NCBI GenBank assembly: GCA_015680685.1
Contig: MNCI01001978.1
Span: forward strand, 275,311-339,310
Source of the DNA: Gnetum montanum
Taxonomy: Eukaryota; Plantae; Gnetophyta
DNA length: 64,000 nt
Direction: 5' to 3'
The position numbers and the translations under genes were made by a program. Under the pieces are notes generated by a model. It did no database searches and was not told the DNA's origin. It worked only from the letters and a program-made list of their open reading frames with translations. This document shows positions 11,469 to 25,649 of this stretch, one piece after another. Position 1 is the first letter of the stretch, and each line of letters opens with the position of its first letter.

Positions 11469-14400
11469 ACATCGTCTGCAACTATATGTTGGGCACCGTT
11501 GTCCTTCCTTACTCGAAAGACACGAACGACCCTTCATGCACCGATTTTGGACAACATCTTTCGCAGGCACTGTTCCCTGGTTTACGCAATCGCATGCCCA
11601 GGAAACATGACACTGAAATAGATGACAAACGTAGCCTTGTTCTTGACCAGAGATGTGTGAGTGCCTAGGGTGTTGCACAAGTGCATAGCATACTACCCGC
11701 ACCCTCCAGCATTCACGCAAATGCCCGACATCGAGGTTACTGCCTACGGGTTCCTCCATCCCCCCGATACGATTACCAAACCTGAGAGCGCTTCCTCACA
11801 AATGCTTCTCCGTGAGAACAAAGTTCCACACAGGAAGTAGCACACACCACACTGAAAAAGGCCACCTTAGGGGCACCCACTAAAGAATGAGCCACGTGAA
11901 TGTGCATGAAGGATAAAAGAACCTCAGTCCTCATAGTTCCCCGGCACGTGCACCTGAACTCGCATCTACCACCCACACGCTACTGAGTGGTGGAATTCGT
12001 GATCAGGAAAAGGAAACATGCACCTGACGCTACCCCATGGGGGTGTTGACATGCTCTACTACCTCAACCACACCAACCTGATGTAGCCATTTTCCCCCAT
12101 TCCAAATAGGCCCTGGGCCCCCATTCCAAATCACAATCTACGTGAGTGCCAAAACATTTCCGTCCTCACTATCCAACCATCAGGGGTGAGCGATGCTTCC
12201 TAGCAACGCAACCACTATGAACCAGCGATCACAACATGGTTTGATTTTCATGCCAACGCAACAAGATGAAACATGTTCCGTACCAAGGAACATGCAAATA
12301 TTGTCACATCCTCTCTCTATTCAAGCATCATGATGGGGGGTGCATTGCACAAATGCACCCACTTCGAACCAACGTAAATAATGTGGTTCAAATTTCATAC
12401 CAACCAAACAAGACGGACCATGTGCCGTACTCAGCAACATGCAAGTATCGTCCCATCAACCGATATCATTTTCAAATGGGATGGTTCAATCCTGTACAGC
12501 CATCAGTGATGGCCTCGATCTCGCAGTATCATGCAACGCTCACAGCCGAGCATGAAGAAACGAGCCTCCAAAGATGCATGTTTCAGCATTACCCGAATTC
12601 GTTGTCAGGTGACCGCACAATAGAAAATTTGTCTGTGAAACCTAGAGACACAACATGGAAGAGACAAGACAAGGGATTTTCGAGACATGCACCTCAAACA
12701 TCCCTCCCATTGCTCCTAACCCTTGGAGAACTTGCGATTGAGTTCGAGCATGCGCTTGAACTCCGCAAGCTACTCCAAGGGAAGGCACAACCTGTGTTCT
12801 TGAATCCACAAAAGGCTATTTTTGAGATGCCATGATAACGAAATGGTCATCCAAATCAATAAAATCCTCAAACCTCAATCAACAGCAAGGCAAATGCAAG
12901 TGCATGGAGAACAAGAGAGGCTAGATCGCTCTTCGTTTCTTGGCTCATGTAAGTGAACTCGCCACTACCACCCATGTGCTACTAGGTAATCGAATCGGTG
13001 AACAGGTAGAGACATCATGCACCCGACGCTACCCCATGGGGGCGTCCAGACACTCAGCCACCTCCACCGCACCAAATCAACGCTACCATTCACACAAAAT
13101 CAATCCATATCATTTTTAGATGGGATGGTTCAATCCCGTGGAGCCATCAATGCCAGCTCCAATCTCGCAGTGTCAACCAACGATCACACCCAGGCATGAA
13201 GAAAAGAGCCTCCAAGGATGCACGTTTCAGCATTACCGGAATTCACCGTCAGGTGACCGCACAATAGAAAACTCCTTTGTGAAACCTAGAGACAGTGTGG
13301 CATAGCCAAGAAAAGGGATTTTTGAGACATGTGCCTTGAACATCCCTCCCACTACTCCTAACCCTTGAAGAACTTGCGATCAAGTTTGAGAGCATGCTCA
13401 AACTCCACAAGCTACTCCAAGGGAAGGCACAACCTGTGTGCTTGAATCCACGAAGCACTATTTTCGAGATGCAATGACCATGAAATGGGCATCCAATTCA
13501 ATAAAATCCTCCAAATGCAATCAATAGCGAGGCACCTACAAGTGCATGGAGAATAAAAGAGACCAGAGCGCTCTTGGTTTCTTGGCTCGTGCAAGTGAAC
13601 TCGCCACTACCATCCATGTGCTACTAGGAAATTGAGTTGGTGAACAGGCAGAGACAGCATACACCTAATGCTACCCTATGGGGGTTTCCAAACACTCAGC
13701 CACCTCCACCACACCAAATCAACATTACCATTCACACGAACTCAATCCATGTCATTTTTCAGTGGAATGGTTCAATCCCATGGAGCCATTAGTGCCGACC
13801 CCAATCTCGCAGTGTTAGCCAACGCTCACACCCACACATGAAGAAACAAGCCTCCAAGGATGCGCATTTCAGCATTACCTAAATTCACCATCAGGTGACC
13901 GCACAATAGAAAACTCCTTCATTAAAATCAAAGACACAACGTGGCGCAGCCAAGACAAGGGATTTTTGAGACATGTGCCTCAAACATCCCTCCCGCTGCT
14001 CCTAACCCTTGAAGAACTTGCGATCAAGTTTGAGAATTTGCTCAAACTCTACAAGCTACTCCAAGGGAAGGCACAACCTATGTTCTTGAATCCACAAAAG
14101 GCTATTTTCGACATGCTACGATCACGAAACGGTTGTCCGAATCAATAAAATCCCACAACCGCAATCAACAGTGAGGCACTTGCAAGTGCATGGAGAAAAA
14201 AAGAGGATATATCACTCTTCATTTCTCCACTTGTGCAAGTGAACTCGCCACTACCACCCATGCGCTACTAGGCAATCAAATTGGTGAATAGGTAGAGATA
14301 GCATGCACCTGATGCTACCCCATGGGGACGTCCAGATGCTCTGCCACCTCCACTGCACCAAATCAATGCTACCATTCGCACTAACTCAATCCATATCATT

Positions 14401-16431
14401 TTTAGATGGGATGGTTCAATCCCATGGAGGCATCAGTGTCGGCTCAAATCCCACAGAGTCAACCAACCCTCACACCCAGGCATGAAGAAATGAGCCTCCA
14501 AGGATGCGTGTTTCAACATTACCCAAATTCACTATTAGGTGACCGCACAATAGAAAACTCCTTCGTGAAACCCAAAGACATAGCGTGGCATAGCCAAGAC
14601 AAGGGATTTTCGAGACATGCACCTTGAACATCCCTCTCACTACTCCTAACCCTTGAAGAACTTGCAATCGAGTTCGAGAGTGCGCTCAAACTCTACAAGA
14701 TACTCTAAGGGAAGGCACAACATGTGTGCTTGAATCCATAAAGAACTATTTTTGAGATGCGATGACCACGAAATGGTCACCCGTATCAATAAAATCCTCC
14801 AATCATAAAAAAATGTGAGGCACCTGGAAGTGCATGGAGAATAAAAGAGACCAGAGCACTCTTCTTTTCTTGGCTTGTACAAGTGAACTCGCCACTACCA
14901 CCCATGCGCTACTAGGTAATCGTATCAGTGAACAGGCAGAGACAGCATGCACCCGATGCTACCCTGTGGGGGTGTCCAGACGTTCTACCACCTCCACCGC
15001 ACTAAATCAATGATACTGTTCACATGAACTCAATCCATATCATTTCCAGATGGGATGGTTCAATCCCATGGAGCCATCAGTGCTGGCCCCGATCTTGCAG
15101 CATCAGCCAACGCTCACACCCACGCATGAAGAAACGACCCTCCAAGGATGCGCATTTTAGCATTACCCAAATTCATCATCAGGTGACCGCACAATAGAAA
15201 ACTACTTCATGAAAATCAAAGACACAGCGTGGCATAGCCAAGACAAGGGATTTTCAAGACATGCACCTCAAAAAGCCCTCCCACTACTCCTAACCCTTGA
15301 AGAACTTGTGACCGAGTTCGAGAATGCACTCAAACTCTACAAGCTACTCTAAGGGAAGGCACAACCTATGTTCTTGAATCTAGGAAAGGCTATTTTCGAG
15401 ATGCTATGATCATGAAATGGTTTTCCGAATGAATAAAATCCCACAACCGCAATCAACAGCGGGGCACCTGCAAGTGCATGGAGAAAAAAAGAGGATAGAT
15501 TGCTCTTTGTTTCTCTGCTCGTGCAAGTGAACTCACCACTACTGAAATTCAGAGTTCAATGATCGCACAACCAAAAAATCCTTCATGAAACCCAAAGACA
15601 GAGCATCATGTAGACAAAACAAAAGATTTTTAAGACATTAGCCTCAAACATCTGTCCGACTGATCCTAACCCATGGAGAACTTACTACCGAGTTTCGACA
15701 TGCACTCAAAACTCGACAAGCTACTCCAAGGGAAGGCATAACGCAAGTTCCTGAATCCATGAAAGATTATTTTCAAGATTTTATGACCCCAAAATGGCCA
15801 CCCCAATAATAGAATACATGACCCGCGACGAACAGCGAGGCACCCGCAAGGGCATGGAGAACAAGAGACTACGTCCTCTTCATTTCTCAGCTTGTGCAAT
15901 TGAACTCGCCACTACCACCCATGTGCTACTAAGCAATAGAATCGGTGACAAGGTAGAGAGAGCATGCACCTGATGCTACCCTGCGGGGACTTCGAGATGC
16001 TCTGCTACCTCAACCGCACCAAATCAATGGAACCGTTTGTACAAAATCATTTCATATCATTTTTCGACACGATCTTTCAATCTCATAGAAACATCAGCAT
16101 TGATGCCTCATGCACTCGATGCGTCCATCTTGCAAATGAGCTCCTAAAACGTGTGAGAGAACATTTAGGATAGATAGTGCAAGATCGTCAAAATCACTTC
16201 TTTGGGCAGCCAACCCCACTGAACATGCCCGCAACACTACAAGCCTTCTATCTTGAATCGTAAATGAGGACATTGCCTTCTTCGGGGTTATCCTTCTTTG
16301 CAACAAGGCTATTGAGTCACGGGCATGAACAACGAGGCTGTGATATCATGGGCAGGGGCAAGGCATCCCTAGGGGGAGAAACCCACGGATCGCTCTATCA
16401 CTCCAACCACTCATCAACTCTACCTCCCCCT
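11469..16431 (-). other. 5'ETS of rDNA unit 2, about 4.96 kb
   Basis: Colinear with 1053-6115, including the same number and order of subrepeats. Confidence 0.75.
12445..16105. repeat. ~643-bp ETS subrepeat array, about 5 type A units plus one type B unit (about 15546-16105)
   Basis: Marker AAGTGCATGGAGAA near 12898, 13540, 14184, 14828 and 15472. Confidence 0.9.
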
Positions 16432-16436
16432 ATATA
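16426..16436 (-). promoter_or_regulatory. Pol I initiation motif TATATAGGGGG, probable gene promoter of unit 2 (+1 about 16431)
   Basis: Exact consensus at the same position relative to the ETS as 6110-6120. Confidence 0.85.
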
Positions 16437-18967
16437 TGTTGATTAGGCCAGTTTTAGCCATACCGTCCCACACCCTTATAAATTTGATCACCATGGACCA
16501 AATCAATGATGGTGCTCTCAGGGACAGCGCTCTCACGTCTGTAGAAGAACCTACTCTAGAGGAGGACGCACTCAAAGAGAATGCTCTCCCAAGGGCCACT
16601 CTAAGCAAGGGCACTCTCATGGAAAACGTTCTTAAGGGGGACACTCTCGAGAACGACATCCTCAGGAAGATCGCTCCTAAGGAGAAAAAAGTCCAATCTC
16701 AAGGAAAATGATCTCAAGGAGGGCAGAACCTACTCTAGAGGAGGACGCACTCAAGGAAAATGCTCTTGTGAAGTCTGCTCCAACGAAGGTCCCTCTCAAC
16801 GATGGTTATCCAGGGAGAACACTCTCGCTGACGGCCCTCTCAAAAAGAATGCTCTTTGTAAGATCGTCCTCAGGGAGACCGCTCTTAGAGAGGCATTCTC
16901 AGAGGGCACTCTTGGGAAGGACACTCTATGAGAGAACATACTCAGAAAGGGTCATCCTGAGAACAACACTCACATGCATATCACAAGGTGCTCTCAAGGG
17001 GAACGCTATCGAAAAGGATGCTCTAATAGAGGGCACTTTTAGTGGAAGGTGCTCATACGGACAATGCTCTCAACCAGGGCATCGTCCAAGAAGGTGTTCT
17101 CAAGGAGGATGATGTTCTCCAAAAGAACGCTCTCAACGAGGGCACTCTTGAGCTAAACACTCATGTGCTTAATGCAAGGTGCTCTCATGGACAACACTTT
17201 CACAAAGCCTGCTCTCAAGAACGGTGCTCTCAAGGAGGGCACTCTTCGACAAAACGCTCTCAAAAAAGACACTCTAGAGAGAACTATCCAACCAAGGGCC
17301 CTCTTAAAGAGAATGCTCTAACAGAGGGTGCTCTCAATGATAATGCTCCACTGGAGAGCGATCTCATGTAGAATGCTCTTAAGGATGACGCTCTCAAATG
17401 GGGCATCCCCGGAGAGACCGAGCTCAAAGAGGGAGTTCTAATGGAGATAGCTCTCCAAGAGAACGATCTCAAAAAGAGCGCTTTCAGGGAAAATATTCTT
17501 AAGAAGGATGCTCTCCAGGAGGGCATCCTCAGCAAGACCATTCTTAGGGAGGGCATTCTCTAGGAAGGCACTCTTAAGAATGGCACTCTCCGATACAAGC
17601 ATTCTCAATGATGGCACTCTCAAGGTGAACACTCTCACATGCATAACGCGAGGTGCTCCCATGGAAAATACCTTCATGGAGGGAGCTCTCAAGGAGAAAA
17701 ATTTTGTAAAGACTACTCTTAGGAAGACCGCTCTCAGAAAAGGTGATCTAAATGAGGGCACCCTTCACTAGACCGATCTCTACGAGCGCACTCTAGGTAG
17801 AACGCTCCGGGAGAGGGCACTCTCAAAGAGAACACTCTAATAGAGGGTGCTTTGATGAAGAACGCTCTCAAGGAGGGTGTCCTCAGCTAGACCACTCTCA
17901 ATGAGCATGATGTAATGTAAGATGCTCTCCAAGATAATGCTCTCAACAATGGAACTCTCAAGGAGAACACTATCATGCACGTAACACAAGGTGCTCTCAC
18001 GTGGAATGCTCTGAGGGTGCTCGCTCTAATGAAGACCGCTCTATAAGAGGGCACCTTCTAAGAAGGAGCTCTAAATGATGGTGCTCTCAAGAAGAACACT
18101 TTCACATGCATAGTGCAAGATAATCAGAGAAGGCATCCATAGGAAGAACGTTCTCACAGAGCCTGCTCTTAGGGAAAATGCTCTCGTGAAGGGCGCGCTC
18201 TAAAAGAAGGCACTCTTCGACAGAATGATCTCAATGAGGGTGCTCTCTCAAAGAGAACGCTCTTTCAAAGGCCCCTCTAATGAAGGGCACTCCTAAGAAG
18301 AACGCTCTCATGGAGGGTGATCTCACCAAGCCTACTCTCAAGGAAGCCATTCTAATGGAGGCCACTCTCCAAGACAATGCTCTCAACAAAGGCGCTCTCA
18401 GGGAGAACACTCTCACGTGCACAACGCAAGGTGCTCTATAGGAGAACACTCTGAGGAAGGCCACTCTAAGGGAGAGAGCTCTCAAGGAGAATGCTCTCGA
18501 GAAGGGCGATCTCACATAGAATGCTCTTAAAGAAAACGCTCTCAACAAGGGCTTCCATAGCGAAACCAATCTCAAGGAGGGTGTTCTAATGGAGGTAGCT
18601 CTCCAAGAAAACAATCTCAACAAGGTTGCTCTCCAGGAGAACACTCTCATGTGCGTAATGCAAAGTGCTCTCAGGGAGGTCACTTTGAGGGAGAGTGCTC
18701 TCCAAGAGGGAGCTATCAATGAGGGTGCTCCAGGAAGAACGCCCCAGGGCAACCAACCCCATGGAACATGCTCGCAACGCTGCAAGCCTTTTATCTCAAA
18801 TCGTAAACGAGGACACCGCCTTCTCTGGGGCTATCCTTCTTCGCAAAAAGGCTCGTGGATCATGGCCATGAACAACAAGGCCATGATATCATGGGTAGGG
18901 CAAGGCATCCCTGGGGTGAGAAACCCACATATCGCTCTATCACTTCGACCGCTCATCAACTCTACCT

Positions 18968-18978
18968 CCCCCTATATA
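18968..18978 (-). promoter_or_regulatory. Spacer Pol I promoter motif
   Basis: CCCCCTATATA in a promoter-block copy. Confidence 0.8.
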
Positions 18979-21789
18979 TGTTGATTGGGCTAGTTTCAGC
19001 CATACTGTCCCGCACCCTTATAAATTTGGTCACAATGTAGCACCTAAACAAGAGCACTCTCAGGGAGAGCACTCTCACATGTGTGGCTCAAGGTGCTCTT
19101 AGGGAGGATGCTCTCAAGAAGAATGATCTTGGAAGGGCTACTCTAAGTGAGCGTGCTCTCACACAGAACGTTCTTAAGGAGACCATTCTTGAGGACTCCA
19201 TCCTCAAAGAGACCACTCTCAGTAAGGGTCCTCTTAACAAGAACGCTCTCGAAGAGAATACACATGAGAGCGCACGGTGCTTTGAAGAAAAACACTCTCG
19301 TGGATGCCACTCTAACAGAGGCTGATCTCAAGGAGAATGCTCTCATGGAGAGCACTCTTCAATAGAACACTCTCAACGAGGGTGCTCCATGAAGAGCGCT
19401 AACGACAAGGACCCTCTCTAGGATAATGCTCTTCAAAAGACCGATCTCAAGGATGGAATTCTAATATGAAGGTAGCTCAACAAGGGCGCTCTCAAGGAGA
19501 ACACTCTCATGTGCATAAAGCAAAGTGCTCTCAATGAGAATGCTCCAAGGGAGAGTGCTCTGCGGGAGGGCACCCTCCAAGATAGAGCTCTCTATGAGAG
19601 CACCCTCCTAGAGAACACTATAACGTACCGCAACGCACTCTTAGGAAAGATGCTCTCAAGGAGATCGCTCTTCAAGATGCCACTCCAACGTAGAAAGCTC
19701 TCCATGAGAACACTCTCAAGGAGGGCACTCTTAGGAAGTGTGATCCCATGGAGAATGTTCTCAAGATAGACACTCTTCAGCAAGGTGTCCTTGGGGAGGC
19801 CAATCTCAAGGAGGGAATTCTCAGGAAGGACACTCTTACAAAGGGAACTCTCCAAAAGAATATGCTCAATGAGGGCACTCTCGAGGTGAACACTCTCATG
19901 TGCATACCACTAGGTGCTCCTCACAGACAACTCTTTCATCGGATCTGCTCTCAAAGAGAACGATCTTGCGAAGGCTGCCCTCAAGGAGGGTGCTCTTCAA
20001 CAAAATGTTCTCAATGATGGCACTCTGTAGAGAATGCTCGAATGGAAGGCCACTTTAGCAGGCCGCTATCCAGCATAACGCTCTCAGGGAAGGAGATCTC
20101 ACTTACAATGCTCTTAAGAAGGACACTGTCAAGGAGGGCATCTTTCTAGAAGGGCGTCCTTCAAGAGCGAGCTCTTAACAAGGGTAGGTGCTCTCATGCA
20201 ACTAATGCTAAGTGCTCTCAGGGAAGGTGCTCTTAAGGAGAACACTATCTAAAAGGCTGCTCTAATGGAGCATGCTCTTAGAGAGGCCACTACCACTAAC
20301 TACATTCTTAAGGAGGACGCTCTCCAGAAGGGTGTCCTCAGCATGACCGTTCTCAGGGAGGGCATTCTCAAGGAAGGCACTCTTAAGAAGGGCACTCTCC
20401 AATCCAAGCGTTCTCAATGACAACAATCTCAAGGTGAACACTCTCACATGCATAACGCAAGGTGCTCCCATGGACAACACCATCATGGAGGAAGCTCTCA
20501 AGAAGAACGCTTTCACAGAGACCACTCTCAGCAACGCTGATCTAAATGAGGGCACCCTTTGACAGAATGATCTTGATGAGTGCACTCTAGGAAGAACACT
20601 CTAGGAGAGGGCACTCTCAAAGAGAACACTCCTTAGATGGTTGCTCTAACAGAGGGTGCTCTAAAGAAGAACGCTCTCAAGGAGGACATCCTCAGCTAGA
20701 CCGAACTCAACGAGGGTGCTGTAATGGAGGATGCTCTCCAAGAGAACACTCCCAACAACGGCACTCTTGAGGAGAACACTATCATGTGCGTAACACAAGG
20801 TGATCTCAGGTGGAATGCTCTGAGGATGCTCGCTCTAATGAAGACCGCTCTCTAAGAGGGCACCTTCTAAGAAGGAGCTCTCAACGACAGTGCTCTCAAG
20901 AAGAACACTCTCACATGCATAGCACAAGATAATCAGAGAAGGCATCCTCAGGAAGAACGTTCTCACAAAGGCCGATCTTCAGAAAAATGCTCTCATGAAG
21001 GATGTGCTCTAAAAGAAGAAACTCTTTGACTGAACGATCTCAACGAGGGTGCTCCCAGTGAAGGCACTCTCAAAGAGAATGCTCCTCTGAAGGCCCCTAT
21101 AATGAAGGGCACTACTAAGAAGAATGCTCTTATGGAGGGTGATCTCACTGAGCCCGCTCTCAAGGAAGCCATTCTAATGGAGGCCACTCTCTAAGACAAC
21201 ACTCTCAACAAAGGCACTCTCAAGGAGAACACTCTCACGTGCACAATGCAAGGTGCTCTAAAGGAGAACACTCTAAGGGAGGTCACTCTAAGAGAGAGAG
21301 CTCTCAAGGAGAATGCTCTCGAGGAGGGCGATCTCATGTAGAACACTCTTAAAGAGAATGCTCTCAAGGAGGGCATCCCTAGCGAAACCGATCTTAAAGA
21401 GGGTGTTCTAATGGAGGTAGCTCTCCAAGAGAACAATCTCAACAAGGCTGATCTCTAAGAGAACACTCTCACATGCGTAGCACAAAGTGCTCTCAAGGAG
21501 GTTTATTTGAGGGAGAGTGCTCTCCCAGAGGGAGCTCTCAATGAGGGTGCTCTAGGAAGAACGCTCCAGGGAAACCAACCTCACAGAACATGCCCGCAAC
21601 ACTGCAAGCCTTTTATCTCAAATTGTAAATAAGGACACCACCTTCTCCAGGGCTAACCTTCTTCACAACAAGGCTTGTGGGTCACAGACATGAACAATGA
21701 GGGCATGATATCATGCAAAAGGAAAGGCATCCCTGGGGGGAGAAACCCATGTATCACTCTATAACTCCGATCGCTTGTCAACTCTACCT

Positions 21790-21800
21790 CCCCCTATATA
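21790..21800 (-). promoter_or_regulatory. Spacer Pol I promoter motif
   Basis: CCCCCTATATA in a promoter-block copy. Confidence 0.8.
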
Positions 21801-22671
21801 TGTTGATTGGGCCAATTTCAGCCATACCGTCCTACATCCTTATAAATTTGATCATGAAGGACTAGCTCAAGGAGAGCACTCTCATGTGCGTAATGCAAGG
21901 CGCTCTTGGGGAGGGTGCTCTCAAAGAGAACGCTCTTGGGGAGGGCACTCTCAAAGAGAACACTCTCCAAAAGGCCACTCTAACTGAGGGCACTCTCATG
22001 GAGAATGCTCTTAAGGAGGATGCTCTCCAAGAGGGTGTCCTTAAGGAGACTACTCTCAAGGAGGGCGTTCTTAGGGAGGGTGCTCTCCCAAAGAATGCTC
22101 TCAATGAGGACGCTCTAGAGGAGAACATTCACATGAGGGCATAAGGCATTCTCATGGAGGGTGCTCTGAAGGAGAATGCTCTCGTGGAGGCTGCTCTGAT
22201 GGAGCCAGCTCTTACGAAGAACGCTCTTAGGGAGGGCACTCTTCGATAGAATGCTCTCAACCAGGGTGTTACAGGGAGAACACTCCCAACAATGACCCTC
22301 TCAAGGAGAAAGCTCTTTGAAAGGCTGCTCTAACAGAGGGTGCTATCAACGAGAACACTCTTGGGAAGGGCACCCCTAGCGAGACCGATCTCAAGAAGGG
22401 TGCTCTTCAAGAGAACACTCTCAACAAGGGTGCTCTCAAGGAGAACACTCTCATGTGCGCAACGCAAGGTGCTCTCAGGGAGGTCACTCTGAGGGAGGGC
22501 ACTCTTGAGGAGGGCACCCTTCGAAAAGGAGCTCTCAACAAAGGCACTCTCGAGGAGAACAATCTCACGTGCATACCACAAGGCACTCTCAAGGAGAATG
22601 CTCTCTGAAAGGTTGCTCTCATGGAGAACATTCTTAAGGAGATTCTCTCGACCAAGCATTGGCCGAATGGA

Positions 22672-22740
22672 CCTTCATGACCAAATTTATAAGGGTGTAG
22701 GATGGTATGGCTGAAACTGGCCCAATCAACATAAATAGGG
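22672..22740 (+). promoter_or_regulatory. Inverted copy of the Pol I core promoter, upstream half up to the TIS
   Basis: CCTTCATGACCAAATTTATAAGGGTGTAGGATGGTATGGCTGAAACTGGCCCAATCAACATAAATAGGG is the reverse complement of the promoter block. Confidence 0.85.
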
Positions 22741-23341
22741 AGAGATAGTGTTCTCCCTGGGAGCGAGCACTTAAGGAGGATGCTCTCAAGGAGGGTGTCC
22801 TTAGGGAAGACTATTCTCAAGGAGGGCACTCTCCAAGAGAATGCTTCCCACAAGGGTGCTTTCGAGGAGAACACTCTCACGTGCGTAGAGCAAGGTGCTC
22901 TCAGGGAGGGCGCTCCAAAGGAGAAGGCTATCACGTGCGTAGCGTAAGGTGCTCTTGAGGAGAATGCCGTCAACAAGAACACTCCCATAGAGAGTGTGCT
23001 CACGATCAGCATGCTCAAGAAGGGTGCTCTCACAGAGAACACTCTCACATGTGTAGTGGAATGCACTCTTAGGGAGAATTCCTGGAGGAAGGCCACTCTC
23101 TAGGAGGGCGCTCTCAACGAGAACACTATCACGTGCGTGGAGCAAGGTGCTCTCATGGAGGGCACTCTCAAGGAGAACGCTCTCTAAAAAGCTACTCTAA
23201 CGAAGGGAGCTCTCAATGAGAATGCTCTCACAAAGCACACTCTTAAGGAGGACATTCTCAAGGAGGGCGTCCTCAAGAAGACCATTCTCTCAGAGGGCAC
23301 TCTTAGGAAGGGCACACTTTGAGAGAAGTGCAAGGTACTAT

Positions 23342-24604
23342 TGTACCGCCTGAAATCGTCGGCCTTCGGCTGGAAGGAAAACAGATGCCATGGGATCGCA
23401 TGATGAGAACAGAAGACCCTGCCTTTGCCTGAGGGTGAGCTGGAATGCACGAAGGTAGAGTACCTTGGGTGGTCTGCACGCGGATCAGACAAGGATTTCC
23501 CCGTGCGTACGCAAAGTGCTATACGCTGGGTTATGCGTAAATGATGTAGCAAGCGTAAACAACGTAAAACAAATGCGAATAGAGCGTGAGCGTAAACGAA
23601 CATGAACAGAATGCGTGGGCCAAGTTGACGTAAAATTGAAAAATGTAAACAATCTTGTGCTACGAATGTAAACAATGGTATTACAGAGTTAAAGTATAGT
23701 GCACTGGTCTAACGCAGTTGTGAGAGACACAAGGCGGATGAAAAGCCCCGGCGTATGCAAGAGTGACTCGGTTGGTTTGTAGAGCGAGCGGAGCATAGAG
23801 ACTATATCTGCAGCATACAGGGCTTCCCAGCGTAAGAGGGTTTCAGCTCTTTTACGCAGCGTAAATGTTCTCTGGTATGCTCTAGGATTTTTCCCACCAA
23901 CCCCCTGGTAAACTGGAAAATCGGGGTTTTTATACAGGTTGTTACGCTAGACTCCGGTTGGGCGACACGTGGTGCGTTGACCAGGTGCACGTAATTTACA
24001 AATGTACAATATTACAAGTGTTGGGCGTATATGCTGGGCGTATATGCCGTATCAGTTCAGCGCATACGCTGGGCGTATATGCTGGATGCGCTGAGCATGC
24101 GTGCACGTGGATGAGGATGCTACGGGCTGGGCGTATACGCTGGGCATATACGTTGGGCGTATACGCTGGGTGGATGCAAGGCGTATATGCTGATGGATGC
24201 TGGGCGTACACGCTGATGGGTTCTGGCATATACGCCGAAGGATGGCCACTTGCTTCAATTCTTGCTCTTTGGTTTTGTCTTCATCTTACCTTTGGAGATT
24301 CTATGCTGGTCGTAAGCATTTTCCGTACACCAGGCATGCGAGTTGGATGTCTACGCTAGGCATATACGCCGAAAATTCGAGCGTCTACGCTGGTAGGCAT
24401 ATATGCTGTGGATTCGAGCATCTACGCTGGGGATGTCCTTGAGTGTAGACATCGAGCGTATACGCTGGTGCCAAATACTTAGTGAAAATGAAGCTGTTTG
24501 ACCTCCAAAGTGTGTGACGCCCACTATAGCCATGGTTGTCTATGGGTCCTAGGCACCGGCTTTTTGCTGGACAAGTACTAAGCACCAAATTTTGTGGTGT
24601 TTCA
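23342..24604 (-). repeat. 3' LTR (1263 bp)
   Basis: TGTACCGCC...GGTGTTTCA, direct repeat of 40151-41411. I counted about 18 differences in the first ~150 nt, mostly transitions. TATAAAAA on the minus strand at 23927-23934. Confidence 0.96.
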
Positions 24605-24620
24605 TTGGCCCCTCTTTGTT
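24605..24620 (-). promoter_or_regulatory. Polypurine tract
   Basis: Minus strand AACAAAGAGGGGCCAA immediately before the 3' LTR. Confidence 0.85.
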
Positions 24621-25649
24621 GACGCTTGGAGGAATCGACCTGAGAAGCGTCGACAAAGAAGTGCAAAACACCACAAGAAACTTGATAAAGACGTTGCCCA
24701 CTGCCACTTGACGAGACGTCATCGCACCTTGTTAAGTAGTACATGGGATCGGGAAAGTGAAATTTGTAGCTGGTAGGAGGATAGGGATCATGGGGATTGG
24801 TGACTTCCCAGAGAATTTTGTCGTGGACAGGGGATGTTTGGATATGTGGCATGCTGATCTTTGCCAATAGCCAATGTTTTAGCAGACTCGGAGTTCAGAC
24901 ATGCAATGTGCGTCCTCTGGCGAAACAGGGCCCTCGGTTAGCTTTCAAGGGAATCATGTTGGCGGGGCCAAAGCTACGGGAGGTTGTGTTACATGCTTTG
25001 GAAGAACAAGGCTCATGTTTAGTGTTCAGGGGAACCTGTTGGCGGGGAGCCAAAGCCATGCAACTAGATTCTTTTTGACCATTTTAGACATGAGTACTTG
25101 GTTTTGAGACGACTGCCTTCCCGCCTGGGACTTATATGGGAAGTGCCTGGGGTCTCGTTTTTTTTTGCTGCATAAACTTTTGCTCTGATTTTGTACTCAT
25201 GCGCAGTTGCTGTGCTACGTATTGTAGCTACTTTACAGTGGTACAATGTTTTAGATGTACTGGACGTGTCGAGGGGATGCCAGGGTAAAATGTGTTGGTG
25301 AATGGATAAAGAATTTTGTCGATGAATGGGGATGTACTAGTGAATGGTTTGATTTAGTCCTGCCAGGTATGCTGCGAACATTTTCTTACCTTGCTGCTTA
25401 TGGCAAAGTGCATCTTTGTGCAAAACTTCTGGGTGTCATCCTGCAAACATAACGCCAAGGAGACAAGAAAAACCATGAGCGAATAGACGAGCTTAGACTT
25501 ACATGGCGGCCAATGGCGCAGAGATGCTGAAGGAAGGCAGGCATTGTGTTTAGATGATAGCAATACTGATAAGGGCGATTGATGGCGAGCGATGCAGTGA
25601 AGTTGATGAATGAGCATGGCGGCGAAGTGATGTGCCGGATGTGAACTTG

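Larger units (their letters stand above)
16500..23336. repeat. 15-bp IGS repeat array with ~2.5-2.8 kb internal duplications
   Basis: 15-nt periodicity. Segments about 17490-19030 and 20300-21850 are paralogous to about 7530-9070. Confidence 0.9.
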
